Source: Candidatus Hydrogenedentota bacterium
GTDB lineage: Bacteria; Hydrogenedentota; Hydrogenedentia; Hydrogenedentales; SLHB01
Direction: 5' to 3'
Length of the DNA stretch: 64,000 nt
Assembly (NCBI GenBank): GCA_963668025.2
Contig: CAXXTH010000012.1
Span: 136,626 to 200,625, forward strand
Shown here: positions 29,454 through 39,340 of the stretch, piece by piece
Layout of the letters: every line of letters starts with the position of its first letter
How positions within the stretch are numbered: position 1 is the first letter of the stretch
Position numbers and translations under genes: made by a program
The notes under the pieces: model-generated
The model's database searches: none
Told to the model about the DNA's origin: nothing
What the model saw: only the letters and a program-made list of their open reading frames with translations

Positions 29454-31517
29454 TTATCCCACTTTATGAATACCCCAAAAATCCAGCCCTATCATTTTCC
29501 CCGCCTGTGCCGCGGTTAGCTTGAATTGATGCTTGCCTGATGTAAGCCGGATAGGCGAGGAAACCAGCATTCTCGATTGCACGTGATATGGAGTGCTTAA
29601 GCAGATAGATTCCTGGCCATTGAAGGAAAAGGGCGCACCATCCAGTTTTGTGGCAAACGAACCGCCATTAGGCCGGTAGGCGCATGCCAATGCAAGTTCG
29701 TAATCGCCATCTTCTGCTACAGCGAATTCCATGCTGAGCTCATCCTGATCACGTTCAGGCCGCCAAACCAGCACCTTGCCGCCTTGCCATATCGGGCCTT
29801 CCTCGAATGACAGCGACGCCATGGGTGTGATGAGCTCTTCACAGGCCTGAAAAGCATAGTTGCTCGCACCTCTAGCGGCCATGGGCTCCCAAGCCGCTGG
29901 AAGCTGCGGCATGGAAACATCAGATGAAGTAATGGAAACATGATCATCTATCGTGCCATCCCCGGCATAACAATAAGTTAACCGCGCATATGATATCCCC
30001 TCAGTCCGTACATGGAAGAACATTTCCATATAAAACGCGATGTTATGCTCAAAAGGGATCCCATCGATAATATGCCATCTGTAATTGGACGAAAAACAAC
30101 GGCTGGAAGGGCCGTCATCCCTGGACTGGCCGCCATACGCTAAAGTTACGACATCAGGAATTCCCCATGCGTAATTAAAGTAATCCTCGGAACCCGTGCC
30201 GAATATGGAAGGAAACCGGTCATTATCCACAAAAACCTTCTCGTCTCCTTCTCCCCACCAATTGCCATCTCCTGTAGGAATCGTATTTGGATTCAACACC
30301 ATGATCGCAGTGCCGACATATACACCTTTGCCTCGAGCCAGTAAAAACGGCAAATCCATCGGATCCGAAGAGACCAGTTCATGCTCGACACGCCATTTGG
30401 CGCGGAAATACATCGAAGCCTCATTCCACTCATAATCCATCGGAAGCACCGAGCCTGAAATCTTCACACGCTGGGAGCCCATATTTTCGAAGGAAATCCG
30501 CACGGACGCCTTATAAGGCATAATGAACCGGCAGGCCATTGTTCCATCGGGCGCTACACTGAATGGAATCGAGCTATATGGATTAATGCCTGGGCCTGTT
30601 CCAAAGAAATCACCTATGGGCGATTCCACCTGGCTCCAAGGCATATCATCAAAGTTTATATGCAAAATCGTTTGTCGCAAGGCTTCCTCGATATTCCCTG
30701 CTTCTACCTTCAATACAAGCTTTTCGACAGCGCCTTTGCCATCCAGCCGAATACCTTCCGCCCACTCATGCGGGGCAGCGCTCGCCACAAATCCAAACGG
30801 CTTCTTGTTGGAGTGGTATTGCCACTGGCCATCCACATCCGCGAATAGAGACGCTACGCTCCGGATACGCTCCTCCGACTGGGCCAAATCTTGAGGCGTG
30901 AACGTAACGGCTTCCGCCCCTGATTCATATTTTCGTATGCCGATATGGTAAAAATGGATGTCTTGATGATCGCCTATCCATACGATACGGCAGTGTTTGG
31001 CGAATGGTATCGGAGCGTACGCGGCATTGCGCTGGTAAAAGGTGTTTTTAAGATCCTCCGGCTTTAGAGAAGTCCCCGCTAGAAATGAATCATATGGGTG
31101 CAGGAAGAATTCCATGGCCGGGCCGTCGTATAAAGGCGCTTCGGAATTATCCAAAAACACACGCACCGTCCCCTTAATATCCGCGGTGAACAACCGTACA
31201 ATCGCGCCCGGCCCTTCCACATCGCACATGAGATACTGGCCAGGCTGCCCGCCTTCAGGCGCTTTGATCACCTCCTCGAAATTGGGTATAGGCTCTTTCC
31301 CGAATCCGTCACTATTGGCAAACCAATTTTCGCCGCCTGGAACCGAACTCCTACGATCATACGAGGAGAATTGCAACATTTGATATTTAGGCGCAGGAAA
31401 ACTGGTGAGATGCTGCATGTCCGCCATCTCATCAATCAGGCTGTCCGTCGTGATTGGAGTGCTAAAGGCCGCGCTAGATAAGCCTAGGAACAATATGAAT
31501 CCTGTCGAGCCGATCAT
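29454..31517 (-). CDS. DUF2961 / GH172-family glycoside hydrolase, secreted
   Basis: QFSSYDR, GPGAIVR, P.GDFFG, WWGEGDEK and GTGSEDYF motifs; start MIGST at 31517 after an SD. Confidence 0.85.
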   Translation of the reverse strand: MIGSTGFILFLGLSSAAFSTPITTDSLIDEMADMQHLTSFPAPKYQMLQFSSYDRRSSVPGGENWFANSDGFGKEPIPNFEEVIKAPEGGQPGQYLMCDVEGPGAIVRLFTADIKGTVRVFLDNSEAPLYDGPAMEFFLHPYDSFLAGTSLKPEDLKNTFYQRNAAYAPIPFAKHCRIVWIGDHQDIHFYHIGIRKYESGAEAVTFTPQDLAQSEERIRSVASLFADVDGQWQYHSNKKPFGFVASAAPHEWAEGIRLDGKGAVEKLVLKVEAGNIEEALRQTILHINFDDMPWSQVESPIGDFFGTGPGINPYSSIPFSVAPDGTMACRFIMPYKASVRISFENMGSQRVKISGSVLPMDYEWNEASMYFRAKWRVEHELVSSDPMDLPFLLARGKGVYVGTAIMVLNPNTIPTGDGNWWGEGDEKVFVDNDRFPSIFGTGSEDYFNYAWGIPDVVTLAYGGQSRDDGPSSRCFSSNYRWHIIDGIPFEHNIAFYMEMFFHVRTEGISYARLTYCYAGDGTIDDHVSITSSDVSMPQLPAAWEPMAARGASNYAFQACEELITPMASLSFEEGPIWQGGKVLVWRPERDQDELSMEFAVAEDGDYELALACAYRPNGGSFATKLDGAPFSFNGQESICLSTPYHVQSRMLVSSPIRLTSGKHQFKLTAAQAGKMIGLDFWGIHKVG

Positions 31518-31751
31518 GGCCTCATCCTTTCCTTCAGGGTATATGCCTCCAAACAAGCTCCAAACATGAGAAACCAGGATTCAAATATATACTCTTTATT
31601 CGCCTTATTCACACAATATTACACGCAATATAGAAACGACTTAGGATTTGAGCTAATTTTACAGCGTAAAACCTGCTGCCCAGACCAGAATAACTTGCAA
31701 TGCTGTATGTTTCTCCTTCGCAGCAACACATACTGGAACCGAGCCGTATAG

Positions 31752-31785
31752 GATTCCCGGCCCTAATTGCCTAGAGCCGGGAATC
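31752..31785 (-). terminator. GC-rich hairpin after the 31821 gene
   Basis: GATTCCCGGC...GCCGGGAATC 10-bp stem; no clear U-tract. Confidence 0.45.
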
Positions 31786-31820
31786 TCTCGTACGCACCGA
31801 ATACTTAACCCATGTTTAGA

Positions 31821-33227
31821 CTACGCCATCCGGCGGATAGCGAGTCCTATACCCAAAATGCCTACCATGAGCAGGCTAAGAGCCACTAATCCCGCTGCCG
31901 GAAGTGTCGTCACGTTTCCAGGATATTCATCTGCATCAAGCGGATCGGTATCCGCGTCTACTTCTTCTTTATCCGTATAGCTATCTCCATCCGTATCTTC
32001 CACGTTGGGGTCCGTGCCATAGATATTCACTTCTTCTCCATCTGTCAGGCCTTCACCATCGGAGTCCGGATTATTAAGGTCCGTGTCGATTCCGATTTCT
32101 TTCGTATCGGAAACGCCGTCACTATCCGTATCCAGGCCTGGATATTCGCGCTCCAGCATCCACAGAATACTAGGTCCAATGGCGAGGTAATCATAATCGA
32201 CAACAAAGTTTTCAGCCATGTTCGCGGGAACGGGCCATTCGTCACGCGGATCTACACGCACCATGGCCAGAGTAGTGTCCCGCCATGCCGTGCTTCCCGA
32301 CATCATCGAAGGATCTTGAACCATCAGGTTCCTGCCAGGATGAAAATTAATGTTTTTCGCCAATGTCGACCAGTCCGATTTGAAGCCGATAATGCAGGCA
32401 TTTATATCCGTGGCGCTGGGATCAGGCAGGCTTACGGTGTCCATATTCCATACTAAATAGCGGTTCGAGCCAGGGACATCCGTGATCGGGTAATACATTT
32501 CCGGGTCGTCATACGGGCTCAACGCCGTCGCGCGCAGGAAGCCGCCATCGGCCCAGCTACAATCGAGTTGGATATTGGGGTTAGTCCAGGGCGGATTGCG
32601 CTCCAAAAACGACGCCACACTGGCCTCATCCGTGAAATCACTGAACCAGAACGGCTCAACATCCGCCAGCATCGATTTTTCGCCCATGATAATCCAGTCG
32701 AACTTCGTCACCTGGGCGGTAGCGCCTTCATCCGCGCCATCGGGCATATCAATTCGGGCATATTCGGCTTCCTGCCCATCCAAGGAAGCGATGGAGGAAA
32801 AATCAGGCGTGCTTAAATCCACTTGGACCACTTGGTCACCTTCATTATACGTGAAGGATTTTCCGTAGTAATCCGAACCTATATGGAAGATAAAGCTTCC
32901 CACATTGCCTGTTGCATGAGGCGCATTGGAAACCTGGACCCGGAAGGCGATGTATTTCATATCCCCCGTAGACGCAGTTGAAACCCAATTTCCCGCATAC
33001 GCAAACGGCATCCAAACTTGCGAATCCACGCCTTCCGCCGATGTACACACCATTTTACCCGCGGAATCCCACGTCACATTCATATTTGTATGGCCGCCGC
33101 CAGACACGAATGTATTGATATCATTGGTGTTTTTGAATGTGTACACAATTCCAGCCTGGCCAGGCAAGGCGGTGAGCAGGCCGCCCGCCAGGAGCAGCGC
33201 GCCCACGATAAACTGCTTACCCAACAT
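31821..33227 (-). CDS. Secreted surface protein with two related beta-sandwich-like modules, DxDGD repeats and C-terminal anchor
   Basis: Signal peptide; repeated W..G.....D...RID/RVD...FDW/YDY module; DTDSDGVSD.KE repeats; LPAAG-hydrophobic-RRMA tail. Confidence 0.75.
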   Translation of the reverse strand: MLGKQFIVGALLLAGGLLTALPGQAGIVYTFKNTNDINTFVSGGGHTNMNVTWDSAGKMVCTSAEGVDSQVWMPFAYAGNWVSTASTGDMKYIAFRVQVSNAPHATGNVGSFIFHIGSDYYGKSFTYNEGDQVVQVDLSTPDFSSIASLDGQEAEYARIDMPDGADEGATAQVTKFDWIIMGEKSMLADVEPFWFSDFTDEASVASFLERNPPWTNPNIQLDCSWADGGFLRATALSPYDDPEMYYPITDVPGSNRYLVWNMDTVSLPDPSATDINACIIGFKSDWSTLAKNINFHPGRNLMVQDPSMMSGSTAWRDTTLAMVRVDPRDEWPVPANMAENFVVDYDYLAIGPSILWMLEREYPGLDTDSDGVSDTKEIGIDTDLNNPDSDGEGLTDGEEVNIYGTDPNVEDTDGDSYTDKEEVDADTDPLDADEYPGNVTTLPAAGLVALSLLMVGILGIGLAIRRMA

Positions 33228-33376
33228 AGAATAACCCTCCTTTTCAAGTGCTTAACTCGCTCACGCTATCCTCTACCCTCCCCGCACATTACGGGAAAAC
33301 CATGGCCCAAAGGACATTGGATAAACACCTCCCGAGGCCTTAAGCAGACGCCGGGAGGCCTAGAACCGGCAAATAA

Positions 33377-34486
33377 TCAGCCAATTCCACCAGCGCCACA
33401 AAGCCAGTCCGCCGGCATATTGAGTCCGCTCCATTCCACATTCGTCAGGGGGAACTTGGACTGGTACCGGATGAATTCGACATGGCCATCCATGAACAAC
33501 ACGTTGCCGCCGCCCGGAAGGTGGTTGAAACGGGTAGTGGCTTTATCGGAGATGCTGCCCCATCCCCCATTTGTCCATGAGCCCGCCGTATTGCCCCAAG
33601 CATCGAACATGGCTGGCAAGCTGCTTTGCGAAATGGCCGCACTGGCGGGATTGTTGATATCCGTAATGAAAAAGCGCTCCACGCCTTCCCGAAGCTTGTG
33701 GTACGTAGTGGGCAATACGTTATTATTTTCGTCATACATCGTCTTGCCCGCCCAATAAGAATAGCCTTTTGGGCTGAAGCTGCCCACCGTATAAGGAACG
33801 TTCGTCACGATGTCATCATACCCGCGCCCTTTTACATATGTGTATTTGAATTGGCATTCGATATCATCCCCTGGCCCTCCCCCATAAACAGCCTCTTCTC
33901 CTAAGGAAAGATCCTGGGAATACTCGAAACAGACATAAGCCAAATCGCCTAATTGAACAGCCGAATTCACCGCATATGCAAGATAGATATATGATACGGG
34001 AACTCCCAACAGCGAATAGAGGCAGCCTTTTTGCTGCTGGTTATTGGCATGGGAAGCTTGCTCCTTAATCATCCCAGGCACATCATCATCCAATAAAAGC
34101 CACGTTTTCCCAATCCAGTCGCCATGGGGATCCGATGGACACACCATGATATTGGCGTCATTCCAATAATCGGGATAAAGCGCTTCACCATCTAGTCCCA
34201 TCGCCTCCGGGAACTGCCATGGGGAAGACGGCTGCGGGCTGCCCGTCGAATACCACACCGATTGGGACCATCCCGGAAATATCCCGCTCTTGTTCTCCCC
34301 CGAATACATCTTGAAGATAATGCCCCATTGCTTCAGATTGCTGGAGCATGATGCGCGCCGCGCGGCCTCGCGAGCCCTCGCTAATGCCGGCAGTAAAATA
34401 GAAGCTAAGATTGCAATGATCGCAATCACCACCAAGAGTTCAATTAACGTGAAACCGCCATGCCGCATCCGCCTCTTTCCCGTCAT
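33377..34486 (-). CDS. DUF1559 prepilin-type protein
   Basis: HGG|FTLIELL..., CPSD and [17 protein letters not shown]; GGAGG SD before ATG 34486. Confidence 0.9.
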   Translation of the reverse strand: MTGKRRMRHGGFTLIELLVVIAIIAILASILLPALARAREAARRASCSSNLKQWGIIFKMYSGENKSGIFPGWSQSVWYSTGSPQPSSPWQFPEAMGLDGEALYPDYWNDANIMVCPSDPHGDWIGKTWLLLDDDVPGMIKEQASHANNQQQKGCLYSLLGVPVSYIYLAYAVNSAVQLGDLAYVCFEYSQDLSLGEEAVYGGGPGDDIECQFKYTYVKGRGYDDIVTNVPYTVGSFSPKGYSYWAGKTMYDENNNVLPTTYHKLREGVERFFITDINNPASAAISQSSLPAMFDAWGNTAGSWTNGGWGSISDKATTRFNHLPGGGNVLFMDGHVEFIRYQSKFPLTNVEWSGLNMPADWLCGAGGIG

Positions 34487-34871
34487 TTTAAAATCCTCCT
34501 TTGCCGTCGTTTCACCTCTGCCCATATTCACTTTATGAAAACATCGCGCTAACCACTTGCATGCTGGAGCCATTTGTTGATGTATTTACACAATCACCCA
34601 TCCGAAATCGCTCTCGCCCGTCCCATGTAATCCTGGCTTGCTGCTTCCACGCACATCATGCTTGCCGCCCGGAGAAGCTTCCTGCGCAACTCGCCTAGCG
34701 GCTCAACCTTTGTCCCGCCTAGGTAAATCAAGGCTATATATGTAGCCCATACTGGGTAATGCCCGTAAATAACTGCGGAGCAAAAACTTACAAAATAGAA
34801 ACAGGCACATGATACCGGTTTTGAAGCATTGTAAAATAGATTAGGCCTTTCTTAACTCGCTACAGAAAAGA

Positions 34872-34900
34872 ATTATATAAGTACAGCTACCAAATGTCAA
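34872..34900 (-). promoter_or_regulatory. Perfect-consensus sigma70 promoter facing the DUF1559 gene
   Basis: Minus strand reads TTGACA-tttggtagctgtactta (17 bp)-TATAAT. Confidence 0.8.
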
Positions 34901-35344
34901 GAAGAGTTTTTAGGAATGGGAATACCCCACTCGGATTGAATCAGCGCCTGGCTTGTGCTGGCTGTGCCTAACCAGGGCGATTCCCGGTGAATGCCTATTG
35001 TTTATGGGCGAACACTATATTTTATGCGGGAAAGCAGTTATATAGGATTTGCATTCCATCATGATCTGAGTTATCATTAACGGTACTGATACAACTTTGA
35101 ATATATGCAAAATAGATTACGCTTGCAACATATGCCCGGGGTGGGGATTATGGCAAGAGATGAGATACAGCAAAGCAGCGCTGCATATAGTTAAATTTCC
35201 AATGCTTCTATATCCTCCAAATACTGGATGGGCAGTATAGGCTAGTGGCCATATGCGGAAGAAAGGTATGGACGAACCCATATCTCACGAGGCAAGTCTG
35301 GCTTTCTTCAACCGGAAAGCCAGATAAATCAAGGTAGCTCATAC

Positions 35345-36571
35345 ATGGCTAATGATGATATACACGAGCCCGCGGATTCCGCTGGGCATGCTGAAAAAAG
35401 AAAAGCGCCATCCACAAAACGAAAGGCCGCCCGGCAAAAAGGCAGCGGCATCAAAATCTCCCGGGAAACGGCGCAGCCGCTATATTTACAGATCAAAAAC
35501 AGCATTGTTGAGCGGATTAAGGCCGGAGAATGGCCGCCACACCACCAATTTCCGACCTACAAGGAACTAAGCAAAGAAATCGGCGTCAGCATTGTGACGA
35601 TCCAGCAGTCCGTGGGGGTGCTGGTCAAAGAAGGCATTTTGTACAACAAGCGCGGGGTGGGCGTATTTGTATCCCCTCCCCAGGCGCAACCGCAAGGCAA
35701 AATCATCGCGTTATTGCTCTCGGATGTCCGCCATCCCTTCTTCTCAAGCTTGGCGCACATCATCCAAACATATGCCGCAAAGAGCAAATACACCATGCTG
35801 ATCTTCTCCTTATGCGACAATCACGAAGATTCCTTGCATGCGGCCCAGCTTCTCCCTCCCCACATGCTTGCTGGCATTATCACGACCCATTCCCTCGCGG
35901 AACGCCTTCCCGAACACTTTTCCGAAATGCTGAAGGCCGCCGGGGCCGTGGTCTTTATCGACGGCTATTCGAGCGAATATGACTGCATTGAGACCGACAA
36001 CCATCTGGGCATCGAAATGGCGATGAACCATCTCGTGGAACTAGGGCACCGCCGTATTGCATTCGCGGCTGGCCAGCTCCTCGGCCGGGCGGGGCATGAA
36101 CGCATCGCCGCTTTCCAGAGCCTTTTAGCGGAAAAAGGCCTGCCTTTCGATCCCCCCCTCCTCCAGCGAAGCGTATATAAAGACGACCTTGCGGGGGAAA
36201 CAGCGGCGCACATGCTGCTTTCCCTGCGCGATGTGCCGACCGCCATCATTTGCGTAAGCGACCTTGTCGCCCGAGGAGTGATTCGAGTTGCGCGCGAGCG
36301 CGGCATCAAATGCCCAGATGAGCTGTCCGTGGTCGGATTTGATGATCTGGATTTTGCCCAGCACCTGGAACCGCCGCTGACCACTGTCCGCCAGCCAGTA
36401 GTGGAAATTGGCCAGGGCGCGGTAGACATGTTACTCGAGCGAATCAACAGTATCGCCCCCTATAACAAAAAGTGCCGGATACTTCAATTGACTCCCGAAC
36501 TGGTGGTGCGCGCATCCACGGCGCCTCCCTTCAGCAAATCCAGCAAATCGGCGGTAAAACGGCCTCGCTGA
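35345..36571 (+). CDS. GntR-HTH / LacI-type sugar-binding hybrid regulator (AraR-like architecture)
   Basis: PLYLQIK..I..GEW..FPT..EL..GVS..T..G.GVFV; HL.ELGHRRIA and P.ELSVVGFDD..P.LTTVRQP. Confidence 0.92.
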   Translation: MANDDIHEPADSAGHAEKRKAPSTKRKAARQKGSGIKISRETAQPLYLQIKNSIVERIKAGEWPPHHQFPTYKELSKEIGVSIVTIQQSVGVLVKEGILYNKRGVGVFVSPPQAQPQGKIIALLLSDVRHPFFSSLAHIIQTYAAKSKYTMLIFSLCDNHEDSLHAAQLLPPHMLAGIITTHSLAERLPEHFSEMLKAAGAVVFIDGYSSEYDCIETDNHLGIEMAMNHLVELGHRRIAFAAGQLLGRAGHERIAAFQSLLAEKGLPFDPPLLQRSVYKDDLAGETAAHMLLSLRDVPTAIICVSDLVARGVIRVARERGIKCPDELSVVGFDDLDFAQHLEPPLTTVRQPVVEIGQGAVDMLLERINSIAPYNKKCRILQLTPELVVRASTAPPFSKSSKSAVKRPR

Positions 36572-36594
36572 GCACCGGCCGCTTCCTCATACTA

Positions 36595-37090
36595 CTACCG
36601 CAACACGAAGATAAGAAGAACACGAAGCAAAAAAAGGTATGATGATTATTGGCGTGGGCATTGCCCACAAACCAATGTAACGACATACATTGTTTTTGCT
36701 CGTTTACCTTGGCGTTTTTGACGGCTGTGCGTGCGTATAAATAGAATGGGATTCGTGTTGGTAGTACAGCGCGCCAGACTTACTCATCTATTTCACGCAA
36801 AGCCGCAAAGAATGCAATTGGGTTGATTTTTAAACCGCGAATAGATGCGAATTCATGGCAAACGGCCGTTACTGGGAGTTTTTTTTGACCGGATTTACAA
36901 GATGAACAAGATTTTTTGTAACACTTTAGCAACTGAAGCAGGTTTGACTTTATAAGGAGTCTTTGCGATCTTGCCTAATCTTGTAAATCATGTCAATCAT
37001 GTCAAAAAAATAAAGCAATAAAAAAAACTCCGTGTCCTTCGTATCTTGTGGTGAAAAATCCGGCTCTTTGGCTGCGGCCATGCCGCGCTA
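36595..37090. repeat. Nested cluster of several palindromic repeat families between convergent genes
   Basis: CACGAAGATAAGAAGAACACGAAG pairs with CTCCGTGTCCTTCGTATCTTGTGG; GTGGGCATTGCCCAC; AACCGCGAATAGATGCGAAT; T8-GACCGGATTTACAAGAT...ATCTTGTAAATCATGTC; AAAATCCGGCTCTTTGGCTGCGGCCATGCCGCGCTA. Confidence 0.75.
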
Positions 37091-37948
37091 CGCTTTCAAT
37101 GCCCCGCTCATGATGCCTTTCATGAAGAGGCGGGTGCAGAGCATAAACAGGATTCCGAGCGGGACCGCCGAGAGAGTGTATCCGGCAAACATACGCCCAT
37201 AGGCCCCACCCACTCTTCCGCTATACCGAAGTATCCCAACAGTCAGCACCATCACATCGTCGCTGGAGGTAGTCACTAGCGGCCAGAGGAAATTATTCCA
37301 TACGCCTAACGCGCTGATAATGGCTACAACGCCTAATATCGGCCTTGCCAAAGGCATGCCCACATGCCACAACTGCCGCAATAGATCCGCGCCGTCCACC
37401 TCGGCGGCTTCAAAAAGATCCTCATCTATCGCACCGAAAAACGAGCGCAGCAAATAAACGCCCAGAATCTGCCCTCCGGCGATATACGGCAGCAGCATCA
37501 CCCAATAGGTATCCAGCAATCCCAGCTTTTTTACCCACAGAAACGAAGGGATCAACATCAGCACGCCAGGAATCATCATCATGGCGATCATGCCGTAGTA
37601 CAAAAACTCCCGGCCAGGAAACTCGCAGCGCGCGAAAATAAAGCCCGCCAGCGACGCGCATAGCACAATGCCCGCGACACTGAGGCCCGTGATCAGAATG
37701 CTGTTGAATAAATAGGCCTTCATATCCTGAAACGCAAATGCATAATTCTCTGTATGAAGCGGCAATGCTGGAAACCAGAACGAATGAAAGAACTGGTTCG
37801 TGTCCTTGAGAGACGTGAGCACCATAAAAATAAACGGCAAAAACGTCAGCCCCAAAATCATCACCAATCCAAAACGCCACACGAGCCCAATGAAGCCCAT
37901 GCGCCCCAGGAACGCTGCTTTATGATGCGATAACGTAGCAACACCCAT
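37088..37948 (-). CDS. Carbohydrate ABC transporter permease (MalG-like)
   Basis: EDLFEAAEVDGA EAA loop and WNNFLWPL; GGAGGAG SD before ATG 37948. Confidence 0.93.
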   Translation of the reverse strand: MGVATLSHHKAAFLGRMGFIGLVWRFGLVMILGLTFLPFIFMVLTSLKDTNQFFHSFWFPALPLHTENYAFAFQDMKAYLFNSILITGLSVAGIVLCASLAGFIFARCEFPGREFLYYGMIAMMMIPGVLMLIPSFLWVKKLGLLDTYWVMLLPYIAGGQILGVYLLRSFFGAIDEDLFEAAEVDGADLLRQLWHVGMPLARPILGVVAIISALGVWNNFLWPLVTTSSDDVMVLTVGILRYSGRVGGAYGRMFAGYTLSAVPLGILFMLCTRLFMKGIMSGALKA

Positions 37949-37986
37949 ATGTAAATACTCCTCCATCCGGCGGTAAGGCAATCCGC

Positions 37987-39279
37987 TCAATGGCTTTTCT
38001 TGGAAGCCTGTTCTTTAATTACGGGTATTAAGTCCAGTTTCCAGTTCCCTTGCATATCTCGAATGCCGCTCGTTAAGGGCGGCGGGTCATCTTGATAGCT
38101 CCAAATCCACCACCCGGCGAAACCATACGCGGCGCACTTTCGGAAATGCCATTCGAGAATCTCAACGCTCGAGCGGCCTTCCACGGAAATAATCGAGCTG
38201 CCTTGCACTTCATACTCATGCCCGAGCCCTTTCAAATCCGTCGAGATCATCCGGGAGGCATTTTCTTTTCCCAATATCTCGACAATGCGGCGAAGATAAT
38301 AGAATCCGTCTGGGCCTGGATCACAAAAGGGGTAGGTAGTCATGACCCAATAATCCGGCGAAAGGGCAAGATCATCCACCAGCCATTTTTTAAGATTCGT
38401 AAATGCGCTGAGGCGCTTTTCCGGCGTCTGCTCCATCCAATACGCGTTATTCGAAAAAATAGGCAGTAGAATGGGAGCTGCTTTGGGCCGTTTGCCTGCG
38501 GCCATGAATACCGGCCAGACTTCCTTGATGAATTTCTCGTTATACTGCTTGATGGCCGGTATGCCGTCATTGTCCCACAATACCGGTTCGGATGAGCCTA
38601 GTTCATAATTGCCATTCATACCCCACATGGCAATGGCGTCCGAGTGCTCGGCATGCCCTTCAATATAGGTAATCACCTCACGATACCATAAGGCGGATTC
38701 ATCCCAAGGGGTTTCATCCGGCATCGGCCATTTTCCAGAATTCGCGAGCTGGTGTTCCGTATCGACCGAATAAGGAATCCACATGTTCGACGCCAGATCA
38801 ATTCCCACGGAAACGCCCGCCGCATGGCAGTCATCCACAAAAGCCGCCACATTGTCCAAATATTGAATATTCGCCCATTCGTCCAGCGCCTGGCCTTTCT
38901 TCGGGGCCTGTGCGGGATTCTTCAACGAATACGGAATTGAAACAAATATATCCACCAAATTGACACCCGCTACACTAGCCAGCTCTTGCAACACCGCTTG
39001 AACTTGGCTGCGGTATGCTGGATACGAGCATAGCCACGGTTCGCCTCCCCACGCGCTCGAATACGGAAGCGCATCTTGCGGCGCGGCAGGGCTTGCAACG
39101 GGAGCTAATTTCGGATTGAAAAAGACGCCTCGAAATCCCGGCGGGGGAAGCGCCGCAGACCGCCCGGATTTCATGGATGGCGCGCCCGAGGAATCCTGGA
39201 TGCTTTCCCTGCCACGCGCTGCAATCGCTAGAGAGCTGGCGGCCAGCATGGATAACGCTACAGAAACAAACATCCGCAC
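37987..39279 (-). CDS. Secreted uncharacterised protein, paralogue family X copy 1 (GH-A-like barrel, non-canonical catalytic sites)
   Basis: Signal peptide; RGVFFNP, YLDNVAAFVDDC, ISTDLKG and GFAGWWIWSYQD shared with four other ORFs in the window. Confidence 0.8.
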   Translation of the reverse strand: MRMFVSVALSMLAASSLAIAARGRESIQDSSGAPSMKSGRSAALPPPGFRGVFFNPKLAPVASPAAPQDALPYSSAWGGEPWLCSYPAYRSQVQAVLQELASVAGVNLVDIFVSIPYSLKNPAQAPKKGQALDEWANIQYLDNVAAFVDDCHAAGVSVGIDLASNMWIPYSVDTEHQLANSGKWPMPDETPWDESALWYREVITYIEGHAEHSDAIAMWGMNGNYELGSSEPVLWDNDGIPAIKQYNEKFIKEVWPVFMAAGKRPKAAPILLPIFSNNAYWMEQTPEKRLSAFTNLKKWLVDDLALSPDYWVMTTYPFCDPGPDGFYYLRRIVEILGKENASRMISTDLKGLGHEYEVQGSSIISVEGRSSVEILEWHFRKCAAYGFAGWWIWSYQDDPPPLTSGIRDMQGNWKLDLIPVIKEQASKKSH

Positions 39280-39301
39280 GTGGGCATCCTCTCCCCTTCT
39301 C

Positions 39302-39325
39302 GCATGGGCGGGATGCCCATGCCAC
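39302..39325. repeat. REP-like palindrome GCATGGGCGGGATGCCCATGCCAC
   Basis: Near-identical copy at 48644-48670. Confidence 0.75.
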
Positions 39326-39340
39326 TAAAAATGCACATAC

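Noticed and set aside
36595-37090. Possible CRISPR array
   Set aside because: There are no regularly spaced identical direct repeats and no cas genes; the repeats are inverted and heterogeneous.
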